Position numbers and translations under genes: made by a program. Below the pieces are notes generated by a model. That model was not told the DNA's origin and ran no database searches. It saw only the letters and a program-made list of their open reading frames with translations. From Vicugna vicugna (lineage: Eukaryota), in NCBI GenBank assembly GCA_013265495.1, contig MU057487.1, positions 310,001-374,000 on the forward strand: 64,000 nt of DNA, written 5' to 3'. This document shows positions 39,740 through 52,489 of the stretch, in pieces. Each line of letters begins with the position of its first letter. Positions within the stretch are counted from its first letter, which is position 1.

Positions 39740-40797
39740 TCTTTTTATTTGACATGATTTTAGATGATCATATCATTATATAGAGAAGTACTATGTATCC
39801 TTTGCCTAGTCCCCAGTGATAACATCTTACATGACAATAGTATCATAACTAAGTAAAGAAACTGACGTTGGTACAATCCATAGATGTTGTTCAGATTTCA
39901 CCAGTTTTACATGCACTTTGTGTGTGTGTGTATAGTTCTGTGAAATTTGGTCACACGGGTGGATTTGTGTAACACCACCACCATCAACATATAGGACTGT
40001 TCATCATCATAAAGATCCCTCGTGCTACCCCTTTATAGCCACACCCATGCTCTTCACCTTCATCATCCCTGATCCCTGGTCCACTAGTCTATTGTACCTC
40101 TCTGTGATTTTGTCATTTTAAGAATGTTGTATCAGTAGAATCATACAGCATATGACCTTTTGATATTGGAGTTTTTTACCCATCATAGTGCTCTTGATAT
40201 TCATTCAAGTTGTTGTTTGTATCAAGAGTTTATTCCTTTTTATGGTTGATTGGTGGTCCATGGCCTAGATGTATACTTTGTTTAACTATTCCCCATTGAA
40301 GGACATTTGAGTTGTTTTCAGTTTTTGGATATTACAAATAAAGGTGCTGTGAACATTTGTGTGTATGGTTTTGTATGGACAAACTTTTAATTTTTCTAGG
40401 ATAAATACTCAGAAGTGCTTTGTTGTTGGGTCATATGTTAAGTATATGTTTAGATATTTTAAAAACTTGCCAAACCATTTTCTAAAGTGGCTGTACCCTT
40501 ATATATTCCTACCAGAAATGCGTGACTGATGCATTTTCTCTACATCTTCACCAGCATTTGATATTGTCATTATTTTTTAATTTTAGCTTTTCTGATAGAT
40601 ATGTAGTAATAACTCATGGAATTTTGATTTTTGTTTCCCTAAAGGCTAGTTTGAATATCTTTTCATGTGCTTATTTTTCATGAGTATGTCCTCTTCAGTA
40701 TAATGTCTCTTCATGTTTTTTGTCCATTTTCAAATTGGATTTTTTTTTTTACTGTTGAGTTTTGAGAGTTTTGAGTCCTTTGTCAGATATATTGTCA
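39740..40797 (-). mobile_element. Old L1 (L1MC-like) 3' region
   Basis: 'gataacatcttac...ctgacgttggtacaatccatag...ttcagatttcaccagttttacatgcac...ttgaaggacatttgagttgttttcagtttttgg'. Confidence 0.8.
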
Positions 40798-41555
40798 TAT
40801 GCCTCATTTAAAAAGTTTAATAAATAAACACTTGACATTACAAGACCAGGCCCATGGAGATGAAATTTAAAAACACAAGCAAAAATTTGAGTTACTAGAA
40901 CTGTAATCCCAAGCAAAATAATGTTTCTAGAACACATTGTTTAGTCTAATGCAGATTCCTATTATTGTGGCCAAAGACCATAACAGGAATTCCATGATGT
41001 TTGGGAAAAGAAGGTAGGCAGAGTCAATCTTGTTTTAAGTCTTGCCAGGATGTCAATGTATGCGAGTGGTCTAGATACCATGATATATGAATTTAAACTT
41101 AACTGGGGGAAACCATTCACCAAAATGTTAGTTTGGCAACATACATGTCCCATAAATGGGGAGAAAAATCCAGTTATAGATGAGCAAGTCCATTTTTACA
41201 GTGGCTGCCACCTGTGTCTCTGGTTCTGGAAGAGACCTGTGAAGCAGGCCTTCCTAGGAGAAAATTTCCCCTGTCCACATCTGTTTCTCCCTTAGCTGAC
41301 ACCTTAAGAAAAGTTGCTGTTATTTCTTCTAAAGCTGAACCCTTAAGAGTCCATGGAGGTAGGGATTTATTTTTTTATAAATTCAAGGTCATATTATTTA
41401 ACTTTGCTGCATTTGCTTTTTCTCATTCAACAATACCTTTGGAAATCCTGTTAAATCAAGAGATATAAATTTATTCTTTACAGTGACTACGTAATATTCA
41501 ATGGTGTAAACATATGACAGTTTAACTAACTTTCCCCAATCGGTGCAGTTTAACC

Positions 41556-42142
41556 TGTACGGAGGCACAGACACTAAGGTAGCCACCTGTGATGGCCATT
41601 CTTGGTGTTCATACCTTTGCGTAATCCTCTTCCTTTGAAAGTGTGGAGGACCTGTGACTTGCATCTAACAGCGGAACACAGCAAAGGGGATGGGTATCAC
41701 TCCAGTGATTGTTACATTATGTAAGACTGTCTCACTAGCAGATTTCCTCTACAGACTCTCTTTGCTGGCTTGATGAAGTAAATGGCCATGAAGAACTGCA
41801 GGCCTCCTACAGGTGACCGGGTGACCTTTGAGACATGAGGGCAGTATCTAGCCAAGAACCAGCAAGGAGCCAGAGACCTCAGCCCTACAGTCACAAGGAA
41901 ATGAATTCTGTCAACAAACTGAATGAGACTGAATACGAATTCTTCTCTAGTCGAACCACCATTCTACATCCAGCATGCAGCCTGGATAACACCTTGATTG
42001 GAACGTCATAAAATCCTTCACAGAGAATCCAGTTAAGCTGTGCCTTAGTTTTGACTCACAGAAACTGTGAGATCATAAGTATGTGTTGTTTTGACTCGGG
42101 TAATTTGTGCTAGTTTGTTACCCAGCAATAGAAAACTAACAC
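41556..42142 (+). mobile_element. MaLR solo LTR (MLT1E/F-like)
   Basis: 'ggacctgtgacttgcatctaac...aaggaaatgaattctgtcaacaa...cacagaaactgtgagat...tttgttacccagcaatagaaaactaacaca'. Confidence 0.85.
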
Positions 42143-42144
42143 AG

Positions 42145-44250
42145 CTTTTCCCCCAGACTATTTATTTATGCCACTGAAAATAATTCTCAATAAATATTTT
42201 TGTTTCTATATTTTTATATATTGATGCCTTTATTTTATAGAATAGATTTTTTTCAGAAATGTGATTACCGTTTATATTATTTTTAATTTAAAAAGGTAAT
42301 GCCAGGTTGTGTTCTAAAGAAGGTCTAATAGTTCATACTTTACCAGCAATGTGTGAGTAAACCTTTTCCTTTAACCTTACTAGTAATAGGTTTATAATTC
42401 TTTCCCATCGCATGGATATAAAGAGATATTTCATTGTTCCCTGAATTCACACTTCATTGCCTATCAGTGAGTTTGAGCACATCTTCATGTTTCTTCATTA
42501 TGAGGGTTTGCTCTTCTGTGTGTTTCTCTTTTATATTCTTTGCCAATTTTCTCCTTGTGTGTGTGTGTGTGTTTTTTTTTTTTTGGTCTCCTTTTTATTT
42601 TGTAATAGGTCTTTTTGTACTATGGATGTTAACCTTTATCCTTGTATGTTGAAGAATTTTCTTTTTTTACTTTGCTTATTAGGGAATTTTTGTGATAAAA
42701 ATTAATTTTTTGCTAAAACAGATATTTTTACTTTATCAGTAACTGCTGAGTTTCCAATTTTATCTAAGGAGGCCTTCTGTCCCCACTTCCCCCAAACCAT
42801 GGCTCAAAGATATTTATGCTTTTAGGCTTTTATTCATCTAGAATTTCTTTTTGTACTTGGAGTAATTAAGGTTGAGACTGATTTTCTTCAAGGGGTGTAG
42901 CCAGTTGTACTAGCAAAATATGAATTGCCAAATTAACTCAAGAAAAGTTAGAAAACTTGAATAAACTAATTATCACAAAAGATTTAAAAAACTTAAAAAT
43001 ACACTTTCAAAAAGCCCCAGTGGATTCATACCTGCATTGTAACTAGCCTGTAAATAACAGATCACTCCACTTTGATTTAAACCTTTGTTAGTCAAAACGT
43101 CGTCCTGGGACCAGTAGCATCAGTATCACCTAGTTTATTACTAATTAATGCAAAGTCTCAGCTACCACCCTGACCTAAAGAATCAGAACCTGCATTTTAA
43201 CCAGATCCCAGATTATACCTGTATACATTAGTGTTTGAGAAGCACTGATTTAAACCATTGCAGGTGGTAGAAGATTTGGAAAGCTCCCTGTAAATTTTCA
43301 GTTGTTACTGTAGAGTTCCATGCAGTGTTCACTTACATGGTTTTAATTGCTCCCGCATTCTTGGTATGGCTCCTTTCGTCCTCCACACTTTAACTATTTT
43401 TGTTTATTATTATTTTTCCTTAATTATGCTTATAATAGATTTATCTATTTTGCTGGTCTTTTAAAAAGAACCGTCTTTTTGATTCTGCTACTGTGTTCTC
43501 TCATTAATTTCAAATTTTAGCTTAACTAATTCTTCTAGTTCCTTTTGGTTTAATTTGTTGTCGAATTTCTAAATAAATATTAAGTTGTTTTCTTTCTTTC
43601 CTCTTTTTTTTTTTTTTTTTTTAATCCTTTGAGTATAACTTTTGCGCTGCTCTTTAGGTTTTGGCCAAAATTTCCTTTTTCATTTCCCTTTGCTTTTCTC
43701 TTTTATCTAAGTGTTATCTAGAATTATGATTTTTAACTTCTAAGTAAATAAAATATTTTTATGTAAATTGGTTATTTTATGATTAGACTAAGTCCTCTTT
43801 AAAATAGCTTAAGATTTTGTTTGTGTGCAGTTATATATTTGAATTTTATAAATGTTGCATGGACATACAAAAATTATATATTCTCTATTTCTATTGAACT
43901 GATGGCTATTCAATTCCTCTGTGCCTTTACTTTTAAATTTTATTTTTGTCCCAAATCTGTGCAGAAAGAAGTCTTGATTTAGTGCTCTGGTTATAGATAT
44001 AGAAAGAGATTAAAGGTTGCTCATTGCTACTTTTTTTCATCTTCTGTCTTGAGATCTCTGTTTTGTTTGTTATTTGTTTAAAAATAATTTCTTTTTCTGA
44101 TAGTGCATTTGTTGGTAAAGTCTCTGAATTGTTTCATATTCATAAAACATTTTCTAGATGTGAATGTCTTCTTTCCTTTACTGTTTCTCAATTTTCAGGC
44201 CCAGATATTTTTGTTTATAACATATTGTGCCTTTGCCCCTTTGCTTGAAT
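42145..44250 (-). mobile_element. Highly degraded L1M fragments, with a plus-oriented segment at ~42920-43295
   Basis: T-rich antisense L1 ORF2-like sequence; the sense segment reads 'ccaaattaactcaagaaaagttagaaaacttgaataaactaat'. Confidence 0.5.
43083..43247. mobile_element. MER5A-like element with 8-bp hAT TSD
   Basis: 'gaccagtagcatcagtatcacct...gaatcagaacctgcattttaac...tttgagaagcactg'; TSD atttaaac at 43075-43082 and 43248-43255. Confidence 0.85.
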
Positions 44251-46199
44251 TTCTGTTTGTAAGATCAGAATGTGTTCTCCCTTCAGAACTGTGTCTGGAT
44301 GCGTCATTGTCCTGCCTGCCTTCCCCTTACTATGGTGCATCTTCCCTGGTTGCTGTCAGTTGTCCACATTCCATACCTTTCTTAGGCATGTGCCTTCAGG
44401 GCATAAATGATAACTGCATTTCTATTAGAATAGTTGTGTTTCCTTAAGCCTCATCTATCTGATTTCCTGTAATCATTTGAGATTGTTCAGATCTTTGAGA
44501 GTGATTCCCCTCTTGGTTTTACTGTGGACTCTCTACAGGCAACTTTAAGAGTACACTTCTTAGTAATTTCCTGGGTCATATCTCCTTCTGGGGAAGCCTA
44601 TCAAATTGCTCTCTGAGGTATTTCTTCTCTTGCTCTACTAGATTTCATTGGGCTTTTATGCTGTCTGATATAGTAAACGCTAAAATACCTATTTCTCTTC
44701 AAGTACCCTCTTTATGAGCTGTTAGACCCAGGTTCGTTTTTTGAATTTGCCACCTTTCTAGCCTGGCCTTCAAGATCTCATTTGTTTTCCTTTGGTAACT
44801 ATCTAGCCTGTATTCTAAGATATCAACATTCCATCTAAGGAAAACTCTTCCTCCAGCTTATTCAGCATCATATTTGCTCACCGTCTCATTGCTTCTGTTC
44901 TGGCACTAAGGCTGAAGTACAATAAGTCAATGCAGCCTCTCCTCGGCTTCCTCAGTAAACATGAGTCTTAACAATGATATGTTCCGGGCGCAGGCATTTT
45001 AAATTGCCTCTTCGTCTCTGAGTTTGCTATTATTTCATTTGTGGGTTTTTTTTTTTTCTTCATGCATTAAACACCGGCTCCTTTTTAGTTTTTGTTAATA
45101 GCATCCCTTCTGTGTGTGATGCCATAGTGAATCTCTGAAATGCAAAGCCGGTGTCCTGGTTATTTCAATAACAAGTAATAGCCTCTTTGAAACCATTGAT
45201 TTGGAGGACGACTCTTAAAAGCTTGTGAAAAGGCTACGTGGGCCCAATAGGTTATTTTCTCCATAGTTTTCTTTTTAACTCTTGTATTTCAAAACATAGA
45301 GAAACGCAATCTGGGGCCACATATTTAGTGATATTTACCTATACCTGATTTGAAACCTACCTTAGAAGAACTCTCTGGCTTAGGAGTAACTTAGCTGGCT
45401 CTGTACTTCAGAGACCCAGCCTGAGAAGAACAATAAAAGAAATTAAATTTGATCTGACTCCAAATGCCTAAAGAGCCTGTGTACTAAAGCTCTGCTTACA
45501 TTAAGGTTAGTCTTTATTGGAACAAAAGAGATGCTTACCTGTAATGCAATCTCTGTCCCACTGGCCTGCGTTAAGCCATAGCTGTGCTATGTAAGTCAGG
45601 TCAAGTTTAGGCACAAAGAACTACACGGATCACGATTATGAAGCCCCACATTCCCTTAACAATTAAAATCCAGCCACATGGTGACAATAAAAGCCACAGT
45701 AAACTATCGAGGTAAAAACGCATGTGGCTTAGGACTCCTAAGGCATCAAAGTTTTCAAATTTTGTCTCTGTCTTTCTATGCACTGCCCTCATTCTGGCCC
45801 AGGGTTTATTGCTCTGTATTTCCAGTGACTTAGGGCTAGAAAAAGCTAATTAATAACAGTCCTCTTCACCTCCTGAATATGGAAAAAAAAAAATCTAAAA
45901 AGTACATTCAGGAATTCAAAAAGATGATGGGAAAAATTTCTGCTTTTATGTTGATAATGAATAAGAGAATGCTTGACCTATAGCCACACTCTGTCCTCTC
46001 TCATGTGCTCCCGCAACCTGTGAATTGAACTTACAACTTCAGGCCTTGTGAAAGCAGAACCTTCCTGGTAAAGTTACTAGGATGGATGAGAGAAAAATTG
46101 TGTGTCCTGAAGACTTCGCATTCTAAAGCAGGGAAAGGAGCTGAATTATTTGCCTCAGCCCCTTCTTCCCATTGTCAAGATCAGAGATGTCTTTCCTCT

Positions 46200-46497
46200 T
46201 GTTGTTGAATCCAAACTCATTCTGCTCCCCACATGACAGGCCAGTAAATTGGGAGACAAAGTGTCCGGGCAAGGAATAGTGACTTTATTCAGAAAGCCGG
46301 CAGACCAATGTCCTGGAGAACCATCCTGCTCCAGTCAGAATACAAGCTCCTTTTATACAAAAAAATAAGGGAAGGGGTGTGGTTGATTGTTGTAATCTTC
46401 TTGCTGCAGGCATTCTTTGTTCTTGCAGCCATCCCCATGGGCCAGGTCATGGTGTCCCTGTAAACCTCCGACAAAACAAAGGTTATTCTCTACTACA
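46200..46497 (-). mobile_element. 3' LTR (298 bp)
   Basis: TG...CA ends; TATAAAA at 46351-46357 (-), AATAAA at 46284-46289 (-); preceded on minus by the purine tract 'agtggggaat'. Confidence 0.95.
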
Positions 46498-47109
46498 ATT
46501 CCCCACTGTCAATGTCCATTCCACAATCTTCTGGGCGATGACCACTCTGGCTACTTCCTGCTGAAAAGGGGCAATGAGGGGGTGATTATGGAATGGAATT
46601 GATCAGCCTTGGTCAGGGACCATTCCTGGGAGTTTTAGTCAGTTGTATAATCTCTCTCTCTTTCTTTTTTTCCCCCCGACTGTACCATAATTACTGTAGA
46701 TTCTTGTGCTATTTAGTTCATCAGAAGACTTAGAATGCTGTCATGATGCCTCCAGGCGACCAGTTCTATAGAGGCTAATGGTTGTCACTGTTTCCATCTC
46801 TTTATCTTATAAGCACCCAAGGTGTGGTCTTCTTGGTAATTCAGGCTATTTTGTAAGGTTAAAGTCCTGTGACCTTCTCCCTGGAGATCGACTCAGAGAC
46901 CAAGCATGATTATAGCTTTTGATTATTGGAATAAAGTAGAAACAGTGAGATCAATAGCTTTAGTTTTAACAATGGGCCTGGAACTGTGAGTAGCAACCGA
47001 TCATTCAGGCCAGTTGACCATTTTAAGGGCAAGCATAAGAATAAGAAATCTGTTAGCCTAAGTGTAGCCATTTTATTAATCCTCCTTCCAAATCCCCATC
47101 AAGTTTCTC

Positions 47110-47535
47110 TCATTTCATTTCTATGGAAACAGGGAGATGGGCGTCGAGTTCCTGCTGAAGGGGGTGTTGTTTGGGGCCCTTGAAATGGAATGAGTAAACC
47201 TGATCTTGCCATGTGGCTGGGGGTTCAGAAAGAGCCTTAGATGCTTGTTTTCCGCACATTACACAATGGAAAACAGTCTAAATATTAGATATATACCAAC
47301 TCCTGTTAACAAAAGTGGTAACAGAAACTGTAGAATTCCCATAAGGGTGGATTTGAGACCTTGGGGTATCCATGAAAAGAGACCAGAAAACCAGGAGTTA
47401 ACTTGGGTTATAACTTTCCACTCATATGCATCTGAATCCCCTACATTTTGTATTTGTTGTTTCATGTCCTCCAGGGAAGTTGTGATGTTCCTGGATTTAT
47501 CTGGTATGAAAGTACAACAGGCAGAAACTCAATAA
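47110..47535 (-). pseudogene. env: env TM remnant B (CC of the CX6CC motif, membrane anchor, frameshifted tail)
   Basis: Translates SACCTFIPDKSRNITTSLEDMKQQIQNV...WFSGLFSWIPQGLKSTLMGILQFLLPLLLTGVGIYLIFRLFSIV, then in a shifted frame MCGKQ...HPLQQE. Confidence 0.8.
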
Positions 47536-47973
47536 CTACAAGAGAAGAACTTAAACCTATAAGGTTGTAGCTACAAGTTGCCAGCAGACACTGCTTTGAG
47601 ACTGGCTGGTGGCATTCTAATTTTGACACAACACAGAAAACTCAAGTACTCAGCAATACAGAAACTTGTCTGAAATCACATCTACATCGGTTACCTAATT
47701 TTACCTTGGATGTCTGAACTAAGTTATTCCATTTTGATTTTCAAATGCATTTTTTCTCCTTAATGGCCAAAGCAGAAGTTACCATTAATGATTTTAGTGC
47801 TTTTCTAGATATGAGGAGATGCAAGAATTTGGGCTCATAAAATCTTTTCCTGAAAATATCTAGCTGTCTGAAGGCCTGTTCAGACAGTTTTCCCAGAGCA
47901 CAGAGCACCTCATTCCTGATCTCCACCCTGAACACCATTCAGGGTGTGTTGGAGGTCAGCAGCAGCAGCAGCT

Positions 47974-48057
47974 CATGATTTAATCCAAGCAGAGGTAGAT
48001 GGCAAGTGCCAACATGATTCCACCCTTGTAGAGGTAGATGGCAAGTGCCTTCATGAT
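47974..48057. repeat. 39-bp tandem duplication inside the provirus
   Basis: 'catgat' recurs at 47974, 48013 and 48052; identical agaggtagatggcaagtgcc at 47991-48010 and 48030-48049. Confidence 0.9.
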
Positions 48058-48188
48058 CATAAATTTGACCATGGTTTGGCATGGCCATTTCATCCCACGG
48101 TGCTGGTGCTAGGAATGTGTATTCCTAGGTCAGGTGAGGATTTAATTGACAAGCCACTCAATGTGCTATTATGGGACTAGACCTTATT

Positions 48189-49059
48189 TTTTTTTATTGA
48201 TTTATAATCACTTTACAATGTTGTGTCAAATTCCAGTGTTCAGCACAGTTTTTCAGTCATACATAGACATATACACACTCATTGTCACATTTTTTTCTCT
48301 GTTAGTTACCATAACGTTTTGTGTAAATTTCCCTGTGCTATACAGTATAATCTTGTTTATCTATTCTACAATTTTGAAATCCCAGTCTATCCCTTCCCAC
48401 CCTCTACCCCCCTGGTAACCACAAGTCTGTATTCTCTGTCCATGAGTCTATTTCTGTCCTGTATTTATGCTTTGTTTTTGTTTGTTTTTTTGTTTTTTAG
48501 ATTCCACATATGAGCGATCTCATATGGTATTTTTCTTTCTCTTTCTGGCTTACTTCACTTAGAATGACATTCTCCAGGAGCATCCATGTTGCTGCAAATG
48601 GCATTATGTTGTCGGTTTTTATGGCTGAGTAGTATTCCATTGTATAAATATACCACTTCTTCTTTATCCAGTCACCTGTTGATGGACATTTAGGCTGTTT
48701 CCATGTTTTGACTATTGTACATAGTGCTGCTATGAACATTGGGGTGCAGGTGTCATCCTGAAGTAGGGTTCCTTCTGGATACAAGCCCAGGAGTGGGATT
48801 CCTGGGTCATACGGTAAGTCTATTCCTAGTCTTTTGAGGAATCTCCACACTTTTCCATAGTGGCTGCACCAAACTGCATTCCCACCAGCAGTGTAGGAGG
48901 GTTCCCCTTTCTCCACAGCCTCTCCAGCATTTGTCATTTGTGGATTTTTGAATGATGGCCATTCTCACTGGTGTGATACCTCATTGTAGTTTTGATTTGC
49001 ATTTCTCTAATAATTAGTGATATTGAGCATTTTTTCATGTGCCTTTTGATCATTTGTAT
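48189..49059 (-). mobile_element. Young 5'-truncated L1 nested in the ERV, 15-bp perfect TSD
   Basis: ORF 48497-48937 is the ORF2 C-terminus; TSD ggactagaccttatt at 48174-48188 and 49060-49074; endonuclease site TT/AATA on minus. Confidence 0.97.
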
Positions 49060-49189
49060 GGACTAGACCTTATTAACGGTAGCAAAAATGTCTCTGGACC
49101 ACCTGTCTTACTAGCCTGTTATGATTCAGGAAAATATTCCCTCTTGTTGGTTCTTCCCATATGTAGAGTCACACTATTACAATCATTGG

Positions 49190-49376
49190 TCTCATACAGA
49201 AGTATATATCTGGTCTACTCTTTCAAGTTGCCTAGTCATTATTTTATTAGAGGCTCAGTCACATATTTGGTAATGCAAGAAACAACAATTTTGTAAAACA
49301 GGCAAAATACAAATAATATAGTTAGTAGTATTAGTAAGGTCATAAGTTAGAATTTAAGCCAAGAACTTTCATTAGG
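49190..49376 (-). pseudogene. env: env TM remnant A (membrane anchor plus tail)
   Basis: Translates PNESSWLKF*LMTLLILLTILFVFCLFYKIVVSCITKYVTEPLIK, then in a shifted frame IMTRQLERVDQIY. Confidence 0.55.
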
Positions 49377-51599
49377 TGCAGTTCAGTGTATCCCCAGGTC
49401 TTCTGACTTAGTCTGTTTTGTACCAATCCTTATCCTTAAGGAAAATGTTATACAGGCATTGTTCATAAGCAAAGATATGAGACAAAACCAAAAATTATAA
49501 TCATATTTATCAGTGTACTCAGTCCCATGTAACTAATCCTTTTTGTTAACAGGTTTATGAAATCAGAGTTTCCATCAGACTTTTAAAATTTCTTACCCAG
49601 TTTAGTTCAGTGCTATAGTTTGAAATTTATTAGGAACCAGTAAATCTCCTTGAAGAGAAAGCATTTTGCAAAAGCATCAGAATAAAACAATAATTGTCTA
49701 TAAATGGCAAAAGACTTAAAAGCATGGTTAAGCACCTAGTTACACTGTAATCGATAAAGAGACCTGGTCACAATAACCAGAATTATGACTGGTAACATTT
49801 CAGACATATCAGATTTTTAGTGATTTCATATAGTTTCTAGAATATCTATATTAATAATATTTTTTCAGACAATATAACCTAGGAAGATTTATTATTCATT
49901 TGACAATACTTCCCATGTTATTTAACATACCAAATGAAACTTACTAGTTTGAAACCTCTCTTTGGGATGTTTCAGGGGCCCTCTGAAGCATCCCAGATTT
50001 AGCTGGAGGTCAAAAGAATTCTGATTAAAATTTGATATTTGGGAAGCTTGTTAAAAAGTTTCAAAACACTTAGTCAGATAAAAATATAGGTTACTGTGAA
50101 ACAGTACTTACTCATTAACAATAAAAATATTTCAAGGGTAAATACAGAACTGATTACTTATGGGGTAAAAGAAACTTTACAATCTGTTACTAAAAGCAGA
50201 TTAGCATTTTAAGATAACTTTGTTCTCTCAACAGAGAGAAAGAGAACCAAATCTAGTCATCTTGTACCAGCTTACTTTTAAGATTTATTTAATCAACTAA
50301 ATTTATTTTAAACTTAGCCAATCCAGACCACGTACAAAATTCTTCTCTCAGAATTTCTCTTTCACAAACCTACGATTTTCTCTATCTATATTATTTTGTC
50401 CCTTGTTTTCTTTTCCATTCAGGAGCAACCAGCTTTAGGAAAAAGTCACTCTTTTTCCATTAACAAAATAAAACTCCATTTCTTATACCTTCTTTCACTG
50501 AAAACATTCGTCTTATTTTCCTAGCACACTGAGATATTTCCCTTAGTAGTAGAGACTATTTCAGGGTGGCACCAAACATTTATTAATATTTATTTCTAAA
50601 TATCTTTAGTTTCTCTGTAAGAGAAAGTCAATATTCAGCAAATAATGTTTCAATATCTTATTTTATCTGAAAATGACCCAGCTATTTAATAAATTTCCAT
50701 CATTTAACTTAATTTAGCACAACTCTAAAATTTTAATTAACCAAATATCTGGGGATATCATTTGAGTAGACATTTTTGAAATAATCATTCCTAGACAGTT
50801 TACCCAAAAGCTCTTTCTCACTTGCATTTAAGTTACTTACAAGAATATTATACTAAGTTGTTTCTCTTGCTGACAGATTTGTAACAGATATGACAAGGTC
50901 TTGTTGGACTTCTATTAAACCTAAGTACAACAGAAGTTTTATGCTTAACATTAATGAATCTTGAGACATGTCTATATTAATTAAGCCAATACGCTTAAGC
51001 TAGCTTTAATTACCCAATATCGATTCAGTACTGGATTTTTTTTTTAGATCACATGAAACTGATTTTCATTCTGGCCAGTTTCTTTTTTATTTCTGAGTAC
51101 TTATATAAGCATTTAATTTTCTTTAAGCCAATTAAATAGAACTCTTTTATAGATTAATTTTGGCAATGCCACATATCTACAACACACATATGTGTACGTA
51201 CAAACATACAAACACAGAGACCTCATAGTTCCCATTTTAAACTTTTAGCTGTGAATCAGATACAACAATGTAAGACTCATCAGTTACAAGAGGTTGGGTT
51301 CAAATTGGGTTTTTGGCAGATAGACCAAATCAAAGTTGCCTGACTAGATAGCTAAACGTAACTTCTATGGAAGACATTTAAGATTTCTATTTGTTTCCAA
51401 ATTACTCCCTTTTTCAAAATCTGCATTCCAGAGGTCATAGCAGCAGTTGAGGCATTGGTACTGGACAGAAGTTAGAAGTTACAGAGTCCACTAGTTGAGA
51501 CCCTGCTGTCAGTTGTACCTAAGGCTCTTGAGTGCCAGTTGTTATAGGGGTCTTTAAAATGGCTTAGAGCCCTGGACCCTGACAGCCATTACCTTCCTC

Positions 51600-51859
51600 A
51601 TTATGGGATTTCATAAAGGTTTATATATATATAGTATTTCTTCCTATTTAACTTTTCTCTGGCAAAACAGTTCTAGCTGGAGAATGGCTTAGTAATTTCC
51701 AGGCCGGTGTTCCCCAGAGCCTAAAGTGTACACTACTCATGCAGTATTACAGTAAAATACCATCCTTTTCTCAGTCACAGGCTCACAGCTATATTTTCCC
51801 CATTTATTTAAGATACGCCCCAAAGGGCTTTCCTTAGGGATAGATGGAGTACTTCCCAT
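51600..51859 (-). pseudogene. gag: gag matrix (MA) remnant
   Basis: MGSTPSIPKESPLGRILNKWGKY...KRMVFYCNTA*VVYTLGSGEHRP...AILQLELFCQRKVK*EEILYI, resembling the HERV-H/W/9-type MA (FCNTAWPQY...ILQLDLFC). Confidence 0.85.
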
Positions 51860-52466
51860 ATCTTTAAGTTTAAGAACAATAAGACACAAAAGGTGCAAAC
51901 AAACCCCGAGACCAAAAACACAAAGTATGACATGACTAAACACAACACTGGAGCCATCGTTCCCTTAGGCGTGGGTTCATAGCTGTATGCAATCAGACCA
52001 CTTATTCAAAACTGCCTCAAAGAACCTTCTTTAGGGATAGTTGAAGCGTTCCCTATATTTTTTTCTTTTTTAAGACAGGAATGCAAGACAAGCAAAACAC
52101 AAACGATGCACACAAATGCTAGCATCCAAAGAAACAAATGAACCAGTTTGCAAATCGGGTAGAAGTCCAACAACTATTTCACCAACAGGGTACCCCACCT
52201 AAAACAAATTGGCTTATTCCAGAGAAAAAGCCCTAATGGAGAGGAATAAAGTTCCTGGCTGTACACACCAGAGCGACTTGCCCTACTACATGGAGCCCGT
52301 TGGCCCCCAAATGTCGATTCCTTGCTCCAACTAACAAGTGCTGGGGCAGCTGGTGCCGCTTCAGGGAATTTTGAGGGGAAGATCCTCAGGACAGGTGGTC
52401 CTGGCAGCTGGAAGGGCCTCACCTGAGAATTCCCCAAACGGGATCGGCTGGCCACGAGCAGCAAGG

Positions 52467-52485
52467 CTCCAGGCTGGCTTCGCCA
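52467..52485 (-). promoter_or_regulatory. Primer binding site, tRNA-Arg(ACG)
   Basis: TGGCGAAGCCAGCCTGGAG vs the complement of the tRNA-Arg-ACG 3' end TGGCGAGCCAGCCAGGAG; 4 nt after the LTR end. Confidence 0.85.
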
Positions 52486-52489
52486 AAAC

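Noticed and set aside
47974..48057. CRISPR-like repeat/spacer pattern
   Set aside because: Mammalian DNA; only a two-unit tandem duplication inside an ERV.
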